Source: a bacterium
GTDB taxonomy: Bacteria; Patescibacteriota; Minisyncoccia; Phycocordibacterales; UBA5272
Assembly (NCBI GenBank): GCA_043719155.1
Contig: JAYSUJ010000022.1
Span: 10,448-74,447, forward strand
DNA: 64,000 nt
Direction of reading: 5' to 3'
The translations under genes were made by a program, and so were the position numbers. Shown in pieces: positions 34,401 through 43,626 of this stretch. Within the stretch, counting starts at the first letter, position 1. Each line of letters begins with the position of its first letter. Below the pieces are notes generated by a model that was not told where the DNA came from, ran no database searches, and saw nothing but the letters and a program-made list of their open reading frames with translations.

Positions 34401-35134
34401 GAGTTTTCCAAAGCTTCCGCAATTTCTTTTTCAAATTTTTCCAAGTCTAGTCCCTTTAAAATTTCATACACAGCCTCGGCACCAATACCCGCTTCAAATA
34501 CATTCGAGTATTTAGCAACATACTTATTATACTTTGCTTCATCCAAAACTTGCCACAAATCTATACTTTTTATCTCTTCTTTTGCAATTACCAAAAGTTC
34601 TCGCAATCTTTCTTTTGTGGCCTCGTCATTTGCATTTCCAAGCTTATCTTTGAACTCATTTTCCAAATCTTTTAACAAATTTACCTTAGCTTGCTCATTT
34701 ACACTTGTAACAATGTAACCTGCAAAGTAAATAACTTTTTCAAGTTGAGATTGTTGCACACCCAATATCAAAGATAATGGAGCAGGAATTGTTCCTTTCA
34801 AGTACCAGATATGAGATACAGGAGAAGCAAGCTCAATATGCCCCATTCTCTCACGTCGAACAATTGAGTCTGTAACCTGAACTCCACATTTTTCACAAAT
34901 TATATCTTTATAGCGGATTCTTTTATATTTTCCACAGTAACATTCAAAAGATTTAGTAGGTCCGAAAACACGCTCATCAAAAAGACCTCCACGTTCAGAC
35001 TTTCCTGTACGATAGTTGATAGTTTCTGGCTTCATCACTTCACCATATGACCACTCTTTGATTTTGGCAGGAGAAGCGATTTTAAGTTGTATTTCCTTAA
35101 AATTGTTTCGAATTATTTTTTTATTGTTGTGCAT
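31469..35134 (-). CDS. rpoC: RNA polymerase beta' subunit
   Basis: NADFDGD, CYCGKYK..CEKC, QLTMRTFH; start placed at MHNNKK. Confidence 0.99.
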   Translation of the reverse strand: MHNNKKIIRNNFKEIQLKIASPAKIKEWSYGEVMKPETINYRTGKSERGGLFDERVFGPTKSFECYCGKYKRIRYKDIICEKCGVQVTDSIVRRERMGHIELASPVSHIWYLKGTIPAPLSLILGVQQSQLEKVIYFAGYIVTSVNEQAKVNLLKDLENEFKDKLGNANDEATKERLRELLVIAKEEIKSIDLWQVLDEAKYNKYVAKYSNVFEAGIGAEAVYEILKGLDLEKFEKEIAEALENSGKAGEEKLQKRLSIVRALKESNQRPEWMFIKTLPVIPPGLRPMVALEGGRHATSDVNDLYRRVINRNNRLKKLKDIGAPDVILRNEKRILQEAVDSLMDNSARGAKEMAMNATQRRQLKSLADNLQGKQGMLRQNLLGKRVDYSARSVIVVGPRLNLNECGLPKHMALELFKPFIISKLLERQFTFNIKGANKMIEEGQPEVWAILEEVIQGKYVLLNRAPTLHRLGMQAFLVKLIEGNAIQLHPLVCPAFNADFDGDQMAVHLPLSEEAQMESREIMAAQKNILKPGDGVPSFFGKLLDIVLGVYWMTTIIETDKKQYFSSPNEAILAHENGVVSFRSKIIVLPTSSPRYAKFGGKIFETTVGRLLFNSVLPNDYEYVNEALDKKLISKLLEDVIDRYGLENSWVIFDKVKNFAFGYATKSGVTFGLFDVEIPVEKKAIIEESNKLVLEVESNFNDGFLSTEERYKKIIAIWTSAKSRIEKSLNGAFKTGNPIRDMVISGARGTYGQLVQLAGMKGLIQNNTGRTLDFPIINSYKEGLTPIEYFVTSYGARKGGSDTALKTAQAGYFTRKLVDVAQDTMISEEDCNTEEIKMATAQNISGIEIPLWKSIWGRILAADVIDANGKIVAKKGDLLKQFEAKEIESSGVTSVAIRTPLTCHAVRGLCQKCYGLDMGRGTLVRMGEAVGIVAAQAIGEPGTQLTMRTFHSGGVAEIDITQGLPRVTELFEKRMPKTQIPASLAPFNGEVLEIQNNGNDKILTLILDENESTKDKKKSVQIEVNSKRVLVVKVGDKVKRGDLLTDGSADIEELFEIAGAEAAQDYIAFEVTKVYELQGASISRKHLDIIIKQMFSRVEVLEGGDTRYSAGDIIPDYTVAKENKKIVEKGGKPATFEAIVQGITQASLTTESWLSAASFQNTTKILIKAATRGQTDELVGLKENVMAGRLVPVGTGFRTKQERADEAAVRAAEKDSDFDGR

Positions 35135-35257
35135 AAATGCGTATAGATTTGTTAACAAGTTTTGGTAATCAGCTCTATTTTAGGCTGCGGTTTTTTTTTA
35201 TTCGCCCTACACGAATTTTACATAACTTTTTTATTTAGTTTTTGTTGGAAACTTCAA

Positions 35258-38200
35258 CTAACCCTTGAAGTCTTCTTCTTCCACCTCATGCAGATCTGCC
35301 GCATCTTCCTCATCGATACCAAATTGCTCGTCTATGTCCACACCTCTATTTTTAAGATACTCAGCCTTTTGCCACTCGTCAGTTCCTTCTTTATCTCCAC
35401 CCAAGATACCGATATCTAGTGCCAAACCTCTGAGTGTATTTTTAAGTACATTAAATGATGCTGGGATACCCGGCTCAGGAGTTTCCTCACCTTTGATAAT
35501 CGCATCGAATGTACGAGTACGACCAACAATATCGTCAGACTTTACAGTCAACATTTCTCGAAGTGTATAAGCTGCACCATAACCTTCCAAAGCCCACACT
35601 TCCATTTCTCCAAGTCTCTGTCCACCACCTTGTGCACGACCTCCTAGTGGCTGTTGAGTAATTAGAGAGTAAGGTCCAGTTGAACGCATGTGTATCTTAT
35701 CTTCTACCATGTGGTGAAGCTTAAGCATGTACATGTAACCGATAGCAATATTTTGTTCAAATTTTTCACCTGTTTGTCCGTCAAACAAAGCGACTTTTCC
35801 ATTTGCATTGAAACCTGCTTTTACAAGTTCAGCTGAAATTTCGTCAGGAGTTGCACCTTGGAATGGTGGTACTACCGCTTGGTAACCAAGCGTGTTAGCT
35901 GCAAGACCTAAGTGAATTTCCAAAATTTGTCCTAGGTTCATACGAGATGGTACGCCTAGCGGAGTTAGTACAATGTCTACTGGAGTTCCGTCTGCCATGT
36001 ATGGCATTTCCTCCTCTGGTAAAATAACCGAGATAACACCCTTGTTACCGTGGCGACCTGCCAACTTGTCACCAACTTGTACATTTCTAAGCTGTGCAAC
36101 TTCGATATGGATTCTTTTCAAAATACCAGTTTCGAGAGAGTCACCTTTTGTTCGGTCAAAGATTTTAATACCAATAACACGTCCGCGTTTACCATTTTCT
36201 ACTCGCATTGAAGTATCTTTTACTTCACGAGATTTTTCACCGAAAATACTTCTTAAAAGTCTTTCTTCTGGGGAAAGTTCTGTTTCTCCTTTTGGTGTGA
36301 TTTTACCCACCAAAATATCTCCTGGCTCAACTTCTGCACCCAAACGAATAACACCATTAACGTCCAAATCTTTTAATCTATTTTCACCCACGTTTGGTAT
36401 GTCACAAGTAGTGCTTTCAGGTCCAAGTTTAGTCTCTCGTACCATACAAACAAACTCTTCTATGTGAATAGAAGTAAATTTACTTTTACGAACAAGTTTT
36501 TCAGATAAAATTATAGCATCTTCATAGTTATTACCATTCCAAGTCATAAAAGCAATTAAAGCATTTTGACCTAGAGCGATTTGTCCAGAGTGAGACGTAG
36601 AAGCGTCAACCAAGACAGTTCCCTTTTTAACCTTTTCACCAAGACGCACAGAAGGACGCTGATGAAAGTTTGTAAATTGGTTAGTTCTTTGGAAAGTTGC
36701 AAGATTGTAGGTGATTTCTTTTTTAGAACCATTCACTTCTGTGTCAGGTTTGAAAACAACTTTTGTCGCATCTACAAAAGTAATTTCACCAGCAGCTGGT
36801 GCATAAACCAAACGACCGGTATATTTTGCAAACTCAGACTCATAACCTGAGGCAACAAGAGAAAGCTCTGGAACTATACAAGGTGTAGCTTGCTTTTGCA
36901 TGTTCGCACCCATCGAAGTACGGTTGGCATCGTCATTTTCCAAAAACGGAATCATGGCTGCAGCAACTGAAAATTGTTGGAAAGTTGAAACTTCAACAAG
37001 CTCCACTTCTTCCTTTGGAATAATACCAGGTATTGTTCGCACACGAGCCTGCACTACTTCGTCAGTAATATTTCCTTTTGAGTCATAACTAAGACCTTGG
37101 TGGGCAATAACGTAAGCCTCTTCTTCAAGAGCGTTTAGGTACACAATTTTTGCTGTAATCTTTCCTTCTTTGACTACAGCGTAAGGTGTCTCAATAATAC
37201 CAAAAGTGTTGACTCTGGCATATGTGGACATACGCAAAATCAGACCGATAGTATGACCTTCGGGAGTGTGAATAGGACAAACACGACCATAATGCGAAGT
37301 ATGCACGTCACGAACCTCAAACGAAGCTCGCTCTGAGTTTAAACCACCTGGACCCATGGCTGACAAAGTTCTTAAATGCTCGATTTCTCCAAGCAGGTTA
37401 TCTTGGTTCATGAATTGTGAAAGCTGATTAGTAGCAAAAAACTCTTTGATTCTAGCCTGTAGTGGTCTTTGGTTTACAATGGCTGTTGGCTGATTTGTAT
37501 CTGCCTCAACAACTGACATACGGTCTTGGATATTTCTCTTAACCTGGATCATACCAGTACGAATTCTACCTTCGATAATTTCACCCACAAAACGAACACG
37601 ACGCGAACCCAAGTGGTCAATATCGTCTGGGATAGACTCAATATTTTCATTTGAGTCAATAATAGCTTGCACAACACGTACTAAATCTTCTTTAGTAAAA
37701 GTTCTTCTTTCAACTTCTTTACCCTCTAGTGGCAAGTTGAATCTTTTGTTAAAACGGTGACGACCTACAAGTGAAAAGTCATATCTCTCTTTTGAGAAAA
37801 TTGAAGCGAAATATTCTTTTGCATTGTCAGCAGAAGCCAAGTCTCCGTCACGCACTTTTTTATAAATTTCAACATAAGCGTCGGCTTGGTTTTTAATCTC
37901 GTCTGTTTCAGCAAGTTTTTTTATGTAAGCACGGCTTTTGTCAGACGTAAATGATGAAATTATTTCTTCATTTGTCTTGAAACCAAAAGCTCGAAGCAAA
38001 GAAATAACTCCAAATTTTCTTTTTTTATCAATTCTTACTACAATCTCGTTATCATTTGTAGTTTGCAGCTCTATCCACACACCACGAGCTGGGATAATTT
38101 TAGCACCATAGTACTCCTTTCCTTTCACTTCTTCAGCACTTATAAAAACTCCATAAGACCGGATAAGCTGAGCAACAATAACTCTTTCGATACCGTTTAT

Positions 38201-38563
38201 TATAAACGAACCATGGGAAGTCATCAAAGGTATATCAGCCAAGAAAAGCTCCTGCACTTTCTCTTCGCCACTTGTTTTATTCTTTAATTTAAATTTAGCA
38301 CGAATGGGAGCATCAAAAGTTTGCTTTTTAATTTTTGCATCCATTTCTGTCATTTTCGGGGCACCAATTTCAAAAGAAACAATTTCAAGGTCAAACTTTT
38401 TACCAGAATAATCTGAAATAGGTGTAAACTCACGTAACACATTTCCGAAACCTTCTTTAAGAAAAAGGTTGTAGGAATTTATTTGGTTTTCTACTAGGTT
38501 TGGAACTTCAACCAGAGCTTCGCGATACTTAGAAAAATGCTTTTGAATAACAGGAGTTGTCAT
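35258..38563 (-). CDS. rpoB: RNA polymerase beta subunit
   Basis: GDKLAGRHGNKG, GQRLGEME. Confidence 0.99.
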   Translation of the reverse strand: MTTPVIQKHFSKYREALVEVPNLVENQINSYNLFLKEGFGNVLREFTPISDYSGKKFDLEIVSFEIGAPKMTEMDAKIKKQTFDAPIRAKFKLKNKTSGEEKVQELFLADIPLMTSHGSFIINGIERVIVAQLIRSYGVFISAEEVKGKEYYGAKIIPARGVWIELQTTNDNEIVVRIDKKRKFGVISLLRAFGFKTNEEIISSFTSDKSRAYIKKLAETDEIKNQADAYVEIYKKVRDGDLASADNAKEYFASIFSKERYDFSLVGRHRFNKRFNLPLEGKEVERRTFTKEDLVRVVQAIIDSNENIESIPDDIDHLGSRRVRFVGEIIEGRIRTGMIQVKRNIQDRMSVVEADTNQPTAIVNQRPLQARIKEFFATNQLSQFMNQDNLLGEIEHLRTLSAMGPGGLNSERASFEVRDVHTSHYGRVCPIHTPEGHTIGLILRMSTYARVNTFGIIETPYAVVKEGKITAKIVYLNALEEEAYVIAHQGLSYDSKGNITDEVVQARVRTIPGIIPKEEVELVEVSTFQQFSVAAAMIPFLENDDANRTSMGANMQKQATPCIVPELSLVASGYESEFAKYTGRLVYAPAAGEITFVDATKVVFKPDTEVNGSKKEITYNLATFQRTNQFTNFHQRPSVRLGEKVKKGTVLVDASTSHSGQIALGQNALIAFMTWNGNNYEDAIILSEKLVRKSKFTSIHIEEFVCMVRETKLGPESTTCDIPNVGENRLKDLDVNGVIRLGAEVEPGDILVGKITPKGETELSPEERLLRSIFGEKSREVKDTSMRVENGKRGRVIGIKIFDRTKGDSLETGILKRIHIEVAQLRNVQVGDKLAGRHGNKGVISVILPEEEMPYMADGTPVDIVLTPLGVPSRMNLGQILEIHLGLAANTLGYQAVVPPFQGATPDEISAELVKAGFNANGKVALFDGQTGEKFEQNIAIGYMYMLKLHHMVEDKIHMRSTGPYSLITQQPLGGRAQGGGQRLGEMEVWALEGYGAAYTLREMLTVKSDDIVGRTRTFDAIIKGEETPEPGIPASFNVLKNTLRGLALDIGILGGDKEGTDEWQKAEYLKNRGVDIDEQFGIDEEDAADLHEVEEEDFKG

Positions 38564-38678
38564 ATTTTTTTATGAATTATTAAAAACTTATAATATTAAT
38601 AAAGCTAAAAGTCCAGTCGTTACTCAATCAGTTGGTCGGATTATAGCATGAAAAGCTATTTTAAACAAGTAAAAACAG

Positions 38679-39599
38679 CTACTTATCCAGGTAATTACTA
38701 GGGAAAAGCATTTTAGGCATGTTCGAGAAAATATAGCTTGAGTAAAAGTCAATTGGTACTACAGTTTCGGCACTTATCCCTGAAAGTTCACTATTTTCAT
38801 TTTTAAATACCACAAAGCCAGATTTTGCACTTTTGCTCATGAAAGATAAAACAACTCTAAAATTTACATAGCCATTTGGATTTACATCCCCATTTACAAA
38901 TGCTTTGGAGCTACCTATAACAAGACCCTTTTCATTCAAGACCAAAACAGGAAAACTTCTATTGGAAAAAACTTTAAAAAAAGCATACCCATGCACGACT
39001 TGACTGTTTCGAACTCGAGTATTAACTTGTAAATATGGAGTTACGTAAGTTGCTTTAAGCTTATCCTGTTTAAGTTTATCAGGAGACATTGCCACTTCTT
39101 CACTAAAGTTACTTACATCATTCATGTAAATATTTCTTTCTGGGTCTTGGTCTAGGGATGTTTGAGTGTTTACGTTACCCTGGTTTCTCCCTGACCCACT
39201 CCATCTAGTGTCAAATTCTCCGACTGGAGCCCAATCTGTTGGATGAGTTGTAGAAATCTTAGACTTAGATTCTTCATAGACTTGTTGCTGGGTTTTTAAG
39301 CCGTTCATTTGCCCAGTTCCAAAAAAAGATGAATGCGAGTTTGCTGCATCTGTACCAACATATACTGGGGAAAATTGAAAAGGATGAAAGTCGTTTAGCC
39401 ACTTTGTTAGTGAAAAAGCAGTAAACGTAGATAGAGCAGCAGCTGTAGTTGTGCCAATATTTTTTGTTTTCTCGCTACTTACAACAGTCTGAGCTGTATT
39501 TATTGAGGAATAGAAGACTGTTCGTATCATTATAAAAAGGACATAAATCAAAATTAGTCCTCCTATGATTGAAAAAAAATATTTAAAAATACTCATCAT
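38679..39599 (-). CDS. Membrane-anchored protein with C-terminal Gmad2-like Ig domain
   Basis: N-terminal TM; SFPVLVLNEKG...YVNF...GFVVFKNENS...VPIDF pattern (recalled family). Confidence 0.55.
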   Translation of the reverse strand: MMSIFKYFFSIIGGLILIYVLFIMIRTVFYSSINTAQTVVSSEKTKNIGTTTAAALSTFTAFSLTKWLNDFHPFQFSPVYVGTDAANSHSSFFGTGQMNGLKTQQQVYEESKSKISTTHPTDWAPVGEFDTRWSGSGRNQGNVNTQTSLDQDPERNIYMNDVSNFSEEVAMSPDKLKQDKLKATYVTPYLQVNTRVRNSQVVHGYAFFKVFSNRSFPVLVLNEKGLVIGSSKAFVNGDVNPNGYVNFRVVLSFMSKSAKSGFVVFKNENSELSGISAETVVPIDFYSSYIFSNMPKMLFPSNYLDK

Positions 39600-39617
39600 A
39601 GATAATGCTATACAAAA

Positions 39618-39800
39618 TTATATTTCGTATTCTTTGATTGTTTGTGAATTAAACTTGTCCTGAGGCAAAGTTTCTACTTTTATTTTGAAAGTAATAAAAA
39701 TTAAAACAAGTACTAACAAAGTAATAAGAGAGATAAACCGCCACTTGTATTTTTTAAAAAAAGACTTGATGTCCAGACTATTTATTTCATTTTCTTTCAT
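39618..39800 (-). CDS. Small single-TM protein
   Basis: 60 aa; leaderless TGcTATACT-6-ATG. Confidence 0.6.
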   Translation of the reverse strand: MKENEINSLDIKSFFKKYKWRFISLITLLVLVLIFITFKIKVETLPQDKFNSQTIKEYEI

Positions 39801-39864
39801 AAAGTTAGTATAGCAGTAAAAGAAAAAAAAGTTTTACACAATGCAGTTTAGTTTTTTCTTCTTG

Positions 39865-39939
39865 AGGTGCCGGTGGGATTCGAACCCACGAAATGGCGGT
39901 TTTGCAAACCGCAGTGTTAAGCCGCTTCACCACGACACC
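39865..39939 (-). tRNA. tRNA-Cys(GCA)
   Basis: GGTGTCG acceptor, GCGGT-TTGCAAA-ACCGC anticodon arm, GTTCGAATC T-loop; CCA not encoded. Confidence 0.95.
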
Positions 39940-40003
39940 ATTTTTGAACAAAATAATTATAACATAGAAAAACAAATATCCCCAGCCAAAACTCTAAAAT
40001 GGA

Positions 40004-40183
40004 CTATACAAAGAAATTTATTAAATAGTCTTTTAGTAAATATAAAACTAAAGCAAAAATAGCAAAATACAATATAATTTTTACAAAAAATTTTACACTT
40101 TTGTACAAAAAGTAAATACCGACCAAGACTCCAATATACGGCACAGATTCTAATTTTAAATAAGACAGAAGTGTCTCGATCAT
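40004..40183 (-). CDS. 59-aa membrane protein (not in ORF track)
   Basis: MIETLLSYLKLESVPYIGVLVGIYFLYKSVKFFVKIILYFAIFALVLYLLKDYLINFFV; host-type TAATATG start. Confidence 0.55.
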   Translation of the reverse strand: MIETLLSYLKLESVPYIGVLVGIYFLYKSVKFFVKIILYFAIFALVLYLLKDYLINFFV

Positions 40184-40243
40184 ATTAATTTAGTTTACAC
40201 TATTTTTTGTAAAACATTTTTTTTATGTTAGAATACTTCTATT

Positions 40244-40326
40244 GCTCGAGTGGTGGAATGGTAGACACGAAGGACTTAAAATCCTTTGCCTTTTAAAGCG
40301 TGTGGGTTCGAGTCCCACCTCGAGCA
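40244..40326 (+). tRNA. tRNA-Leu(TAA)
   Basis: GCTCGAG/CTCGAGC acceptor, AAGGA-CTTAAAA-TCCTT anticodon arm, long variable arm, GTTCGAGTC. Confidence 0.95.
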
Positions 40327-40403
40327 CAAAAATTTTAAACCCTTTACAGGGTTTTTTATTTTAGGTATGATTAAAATTGTGTTTAACTGAGAAAGGAAAT
40401 CCG

Positions 40404-40655
40404 ATGCCCAAAATGCCCTCAAAAGCAAGAAAGCACGCAAAACCTTGGAACACTTCTGAGGTTTACTTTTACTGCTTTAACCCAGGAACTGGACACGGCA
40501 AACTCTTTTGCCGGACCAATCAACAACAGTTCTGCTTTACCCGGCAACAATGGAAAGATGCCGGTTTTCCTCGGCTTCTTTGCGAACAAAGCTTGCTAAT
40601 TAATTGGGTGACAGAACCAAATGGTGAGCTGAAAGTCCTAAGTATGGGCAAGTAA
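40404..40655 (+). CDS. Cassette F: 83-aa protein, possibly a degenerate cold-shock domain
   Basis: TTTACA-17-TATGAT (40343-40371), SD GAAAGGA, terminator GCGGTCAG-GAAA-CTGACCGC-T8 (40676-40703). Confidence 0.72.
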   Translation: MPKMPSKARKHAKPWNTSEVYFYCFNPGTGHGKLFCRTNQQQFCFTRQQWKDAGFPRLLCEQSLLINWVTEPNGELKVLSMGK

Positions 40656-40701
40656 ACGCACATTTACTAGCGCTCGCGGTCAGGAAACTGACCGCTTTTT
40701 T

Positions 40702-41838
40702 TTATATCAACTCACCACCACCCAGACAAATTTCACCATCATAAAAAACCGCAAATTGTCCAGGCGCAAAAACTAACGGTTCCTCATTTTTCAATCTATA
40801 TTCTAAAGTTAAAACATTACTTTTATCATCATAATTTACGATATCTACTTTATGTTTTTCACCTCTGTAGCGGACCCTGATTGATAGCACATCTGCCATG
40901 TCTAGACTTGCAAAACCATAAGTAAAAGAAAGATTTTTTACATCAACAATCTGATAGTTAGAGTTATTTCTAATTTCAATTTTTATTTCTTTTTGGGTTT
41001 TTGCATTAATGTCTCCTACAACTATTACATTTTTTTCTAAATCTTTAGAAACAACATACATATTTTTTATACCAGCACTTGTAGTCTTAACTCTAAAACC
41101 ATGTCTTTCCCCGATAGTATATAAAATAGCTCCGTCATGTTCACCAACGATCTCACCATTTAAATTTAAAACTTTACCTATTCGAGGTTTTAATTCACGT
41201 TTCAAAAAATCCTTCATTTCCAAATCACCCACAAAACAAATACCCTGAGAGTCTTTACGTGTTGCTACTGGCAATTTATTTTCTAAAGCAATTTTACGCA
41301 CTTCACTTTTTTGCAAATGACCAATGGGAAACAAAGTTTTACTTAATTCTTTTTGGGTGAGCTGAGATAAAAAATAGCTTTGGTCTTTTTCTTTGTCGGC
41401 AGATTCTAGCATCTTAAAATCCCCCTGATCCCCTTTAGGCAAAGGGGGAATCACAGCATAGTGACCTGTGGCTACAAAGTCGGCCCCATTTTTCAAACAC
41501 CAATTTAAAAAGCTACCAAATTTTATTTCCCTATTACACAACATGTCTGGATTGGGAGTATTACCTTTACTATATTCATCCAATAAATATTTTACAACCT
41601 TATCTTTATATTGCTGTTCTAAATCTAAAGTTATAAATGGTATTTCTAAATAGGCAGCAGTACGCATAGCTGATACCCTGTCTATTTTCCAAGTACATGG
41701 GATCCAGTCTGGTTGCCATCCTTTTATAAATACCCCTAGCACTTCATATCCTTGTTCTTTTAAAAGTAAGGCGGAGACACTAGAGTCAACACCGCCTGAC
41801 AAGCCTACATAAACTTTTTGTTTTTTTACAATTAGCAT
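40702..41838 (-). CDS. mnmA: tRNA 2-thiouridylase MnmA
   Basis: SGGVDS, TPNPDMLCN, ATGHY, KDQSYFL, DSQGICF. Confidence 0.98.
   Translation of the reverse strand: MLIVKKQKVYVGLSGGVDSSVSALLLKEQGYEVLGVFIKGWQPDWIPCTWKIDRVSAMRTAAYLEIPFITLDLEQQYKDKVVKYLLDEYSKGNTPNPDMLCNREIKFGSFLNWCLKNGADFVATGHYAVIPPLPKGDQGDFKMLESADKEKDQSYFLSQLTQKELSKTLFPIGHLQKSEVRKIALENKLPVATRKDSQGICFVGDLEMKDFLKRELKPRIGKVLNLNGEIVGEHDGAILYTIGERHGFRVKTTSAGIKNMYVVSKDLEKNVIVVGDINAKTQKEIKIEIRNNSNYQIVDVKNLSFTYGFASLDMADVLSIRVRYRGEKHKVDIVNYDDKSNVLTLEYRLKNEEPLVFAPGQFAVFYDGEICLGGGELI
41417..41450 (-). repeat. REP-like palindromic element inside mnmA
   Basis: Minus strand TTCCCCCTTT-GCCT-AAAGGGGA-TCAGGGGGATTT, encodes IPPLPKGDQGDF. Confidence 0.65.
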
Positions 41839-41841
41839 TTT

Positions 41842-43032
41842 CTATATTTTAGCATAAACTCGAAACTTTACCTGATCCTTACCGGTTGCACCCAAAACTT
41901 TTGCAGTACAAGCAGTAAAGTCTATGGCATTACCTGTCCACTCAGCTGGACCCAAATCACCAAGTTTAAACACTCCGTTTTTTCCATTTTTAAACATAAA
42001 CACCTCTATTTTCCTATTTTTAATACTTTCTTTTATTTCTATAACGCATTTTGAATTCCTAGTTTTTACACAATAGTCCAAAGTAGTACCGAAAAACTTA
42101 TCCACTGTTTTATACGGTAGAGAAACCAAGCAGGCGTCGCTTCGGTACGGGTTTAGCCCAAAGGCTGTGCGGGAAAACATTTTAAAACCTGACTCGCTCT
42201 TTCCGCCATTTATTGCAAATAGAGTCCCCCAACCCACTACCCAACCACTGTAGTTTAAGCTTTTAAAAGCCAAACTTGAGTTCGTATCTCTATTTGAAAG
42301 TGCGTTAATTTCGGGCTCAACAAATAGCCTTTCATTTTCTTGTTCAAGCTTACTTAAAATACTTCTCGAAGTGTTTATTGCTCCAGAATTTAACAAACCT
42401 TTATTTTCTAGGCTGGTTTGACTCGTAAAAGACTTTTCACTTAATTTTATTATTCCGAGCTTCGTCTCAACACTGTCTTTTTCAAGAAAAGAGTTATCGG
42501 TCTGAGATTTTTTTGCTAAGACATATTTTTGCAAATCACCAATTTCAAAATTGTTGCATTCTGGGGCCATTTCCGTACTTAAGTAAAACGAGTCTCCACA
42601 GCCAATAAATAAATCCTGTCTACACATCTCTTTTTGTAAATTGGTTCCTGAGTTACAAACAGTATCTATACTACTGTTAACATTAGTATCAATTAAAAGT
42701 TTTTTAAATTTCTTCTCAAAGATGTTTATATTTTCAAACCTTAAGTCTTCTTCATTATAAATTACGTCTTCCTCCTTTTTTACTGTTTGGTTACCAAGAG
42801 TCGTCGTTGTTGAAGGTGGAGGTAGAGTTGAAAAAAAAACTGGTGTGTTTATCAAAACCTTTTGTTCAAAAAGATTTGAACTCAAATCGCTATCCCGAGC
42901 TTTAATTGGTGAGTTACCTGAAATGTTTAAATAATTAAAAAAAGAAAAACAAACATAAAGTATACTTAAGAACAAGAATAAAGCTGCCGGTAAAAGTATA
43001 TAGACTTTATTTAAACTTAATCTACTCTTCAT
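41842..43032 (-). CDS. Membrane-anchored protein with C-terminal RlpA/expansin-like double-psi beta-barrel
   Basis: N-terminal TM; GDLGP...AIDFT..AKVLG matches the D.GP...iDls..a..lG pattern. Confidence 0.55.
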   Translation of the reverse strand: MKSRLSLNKVYILLPAALFLFLSILYVCFSFFNYLNISGNSPIKARDSDLSSNLFEQKVLINTPVFFSTLPPPSTTTTLGNQTVKKEEDVIYNEEDLRFENINIFEKKFKKLLIDTNVNSSIDTVCNSGTNLQKEMCRQDLFIGCGDSFYLSTEMAPECNNFEIGDLQKYVLAKKSQTDNSFLEKDSVETKLGIIKLSEKSFTSQTSLENKGLLNSGAINTSRSILSKLEQENERLFVEPEINALSNRDTNSSLAFKSLNYSGWVVGWGTLFAINGGKSESGFKMFSRTAFGLNPYRSDACLVSLPYKTVDKFFGTTLDYCVKTRNSKCVIEIKESIKNRKIEVFMFKNGKNGVFKLGDLGPAEWTGNAIDFTACTAKVLGATGKDQVKFRVYAKI

Positions 43033-43037
43033 GTTAA

Positions 43038-43589
43038 TTAGGCATTCATCATTTTTTTATAAACTTCGTAAAGGGCTTTTGCATCAGCCAATGCCGTATG
43101 AGCATTTTCATTTTTAATTTGGAAAAGCTCACACAAATAGCGGAGTGAATATTTTACATCTGATCTATTGTAAAGTCTAGCAAAAGCGATAGAAATAGTG
43201 TCCAGCTTATATCTTGCCATCGGGTTCTCTAGCCCGGCTCTTTCAAAGCTTTTTTCCATAAAAGCTGCATCGAAAGTTAAATTGTGGGAAACTTGTATTG
43301 TACCCGCGAGCTTGGTTGCTAAAAACTCCATTGCATTTTTAAGATCTGGGGCAAACATCCAGTCAGCTTCATTGTAACCGTTGATACGCAATGCCTCTTC
43401 CTCAGCATCCTCTATCCTACTGGGTTTTATCTTCAGGTCAATCTCTTCTATCTTCTCCAATTTTGGACCTAGTCCTCCGTCCCTTTGTATTTGTCTTGCT
43501 AGTACCACACCAACTTGTATAACCTCATGTTTTTCTGCACTCAAACCGGTAGTTTCAACATCCAAAAAAGCCAAAATTGATTCTTTCAT
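43038..43589 (-). CDS. DEDDh 3'-5' exonuclease (DnaQ-like)
   Basis: DVETTG, HNLTFD, HTALAD. Confidence 0.92.
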   Translation of the reverse strand: MKESILAFLDVETTGLSAEKHEVIQVGVVLARQIQRDGGLGPKLEKIEEIDLKIKPSRIEDAEEEALRINGYNEADWMFAPDLKNAMEFLATKLAGTIQVSHNLTFDAAFMEKSFERAGLENPMARYKLDTISIAFARLYNRSDVKYSLRYLCELFQIKNENAHTALADAKALYEVYKKMMNA

Positions 43590-43626
43590 ATTTTCTTACT
43601 TATTTCTAAAGTTTAACATGAAAACG

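Noticed and set aside
40244-40703. Prophage or island integrated at tRNA-Leu
   Set aside because: No integrase and no duplicated tRNA 3' end seen; only a single small cassette follows.
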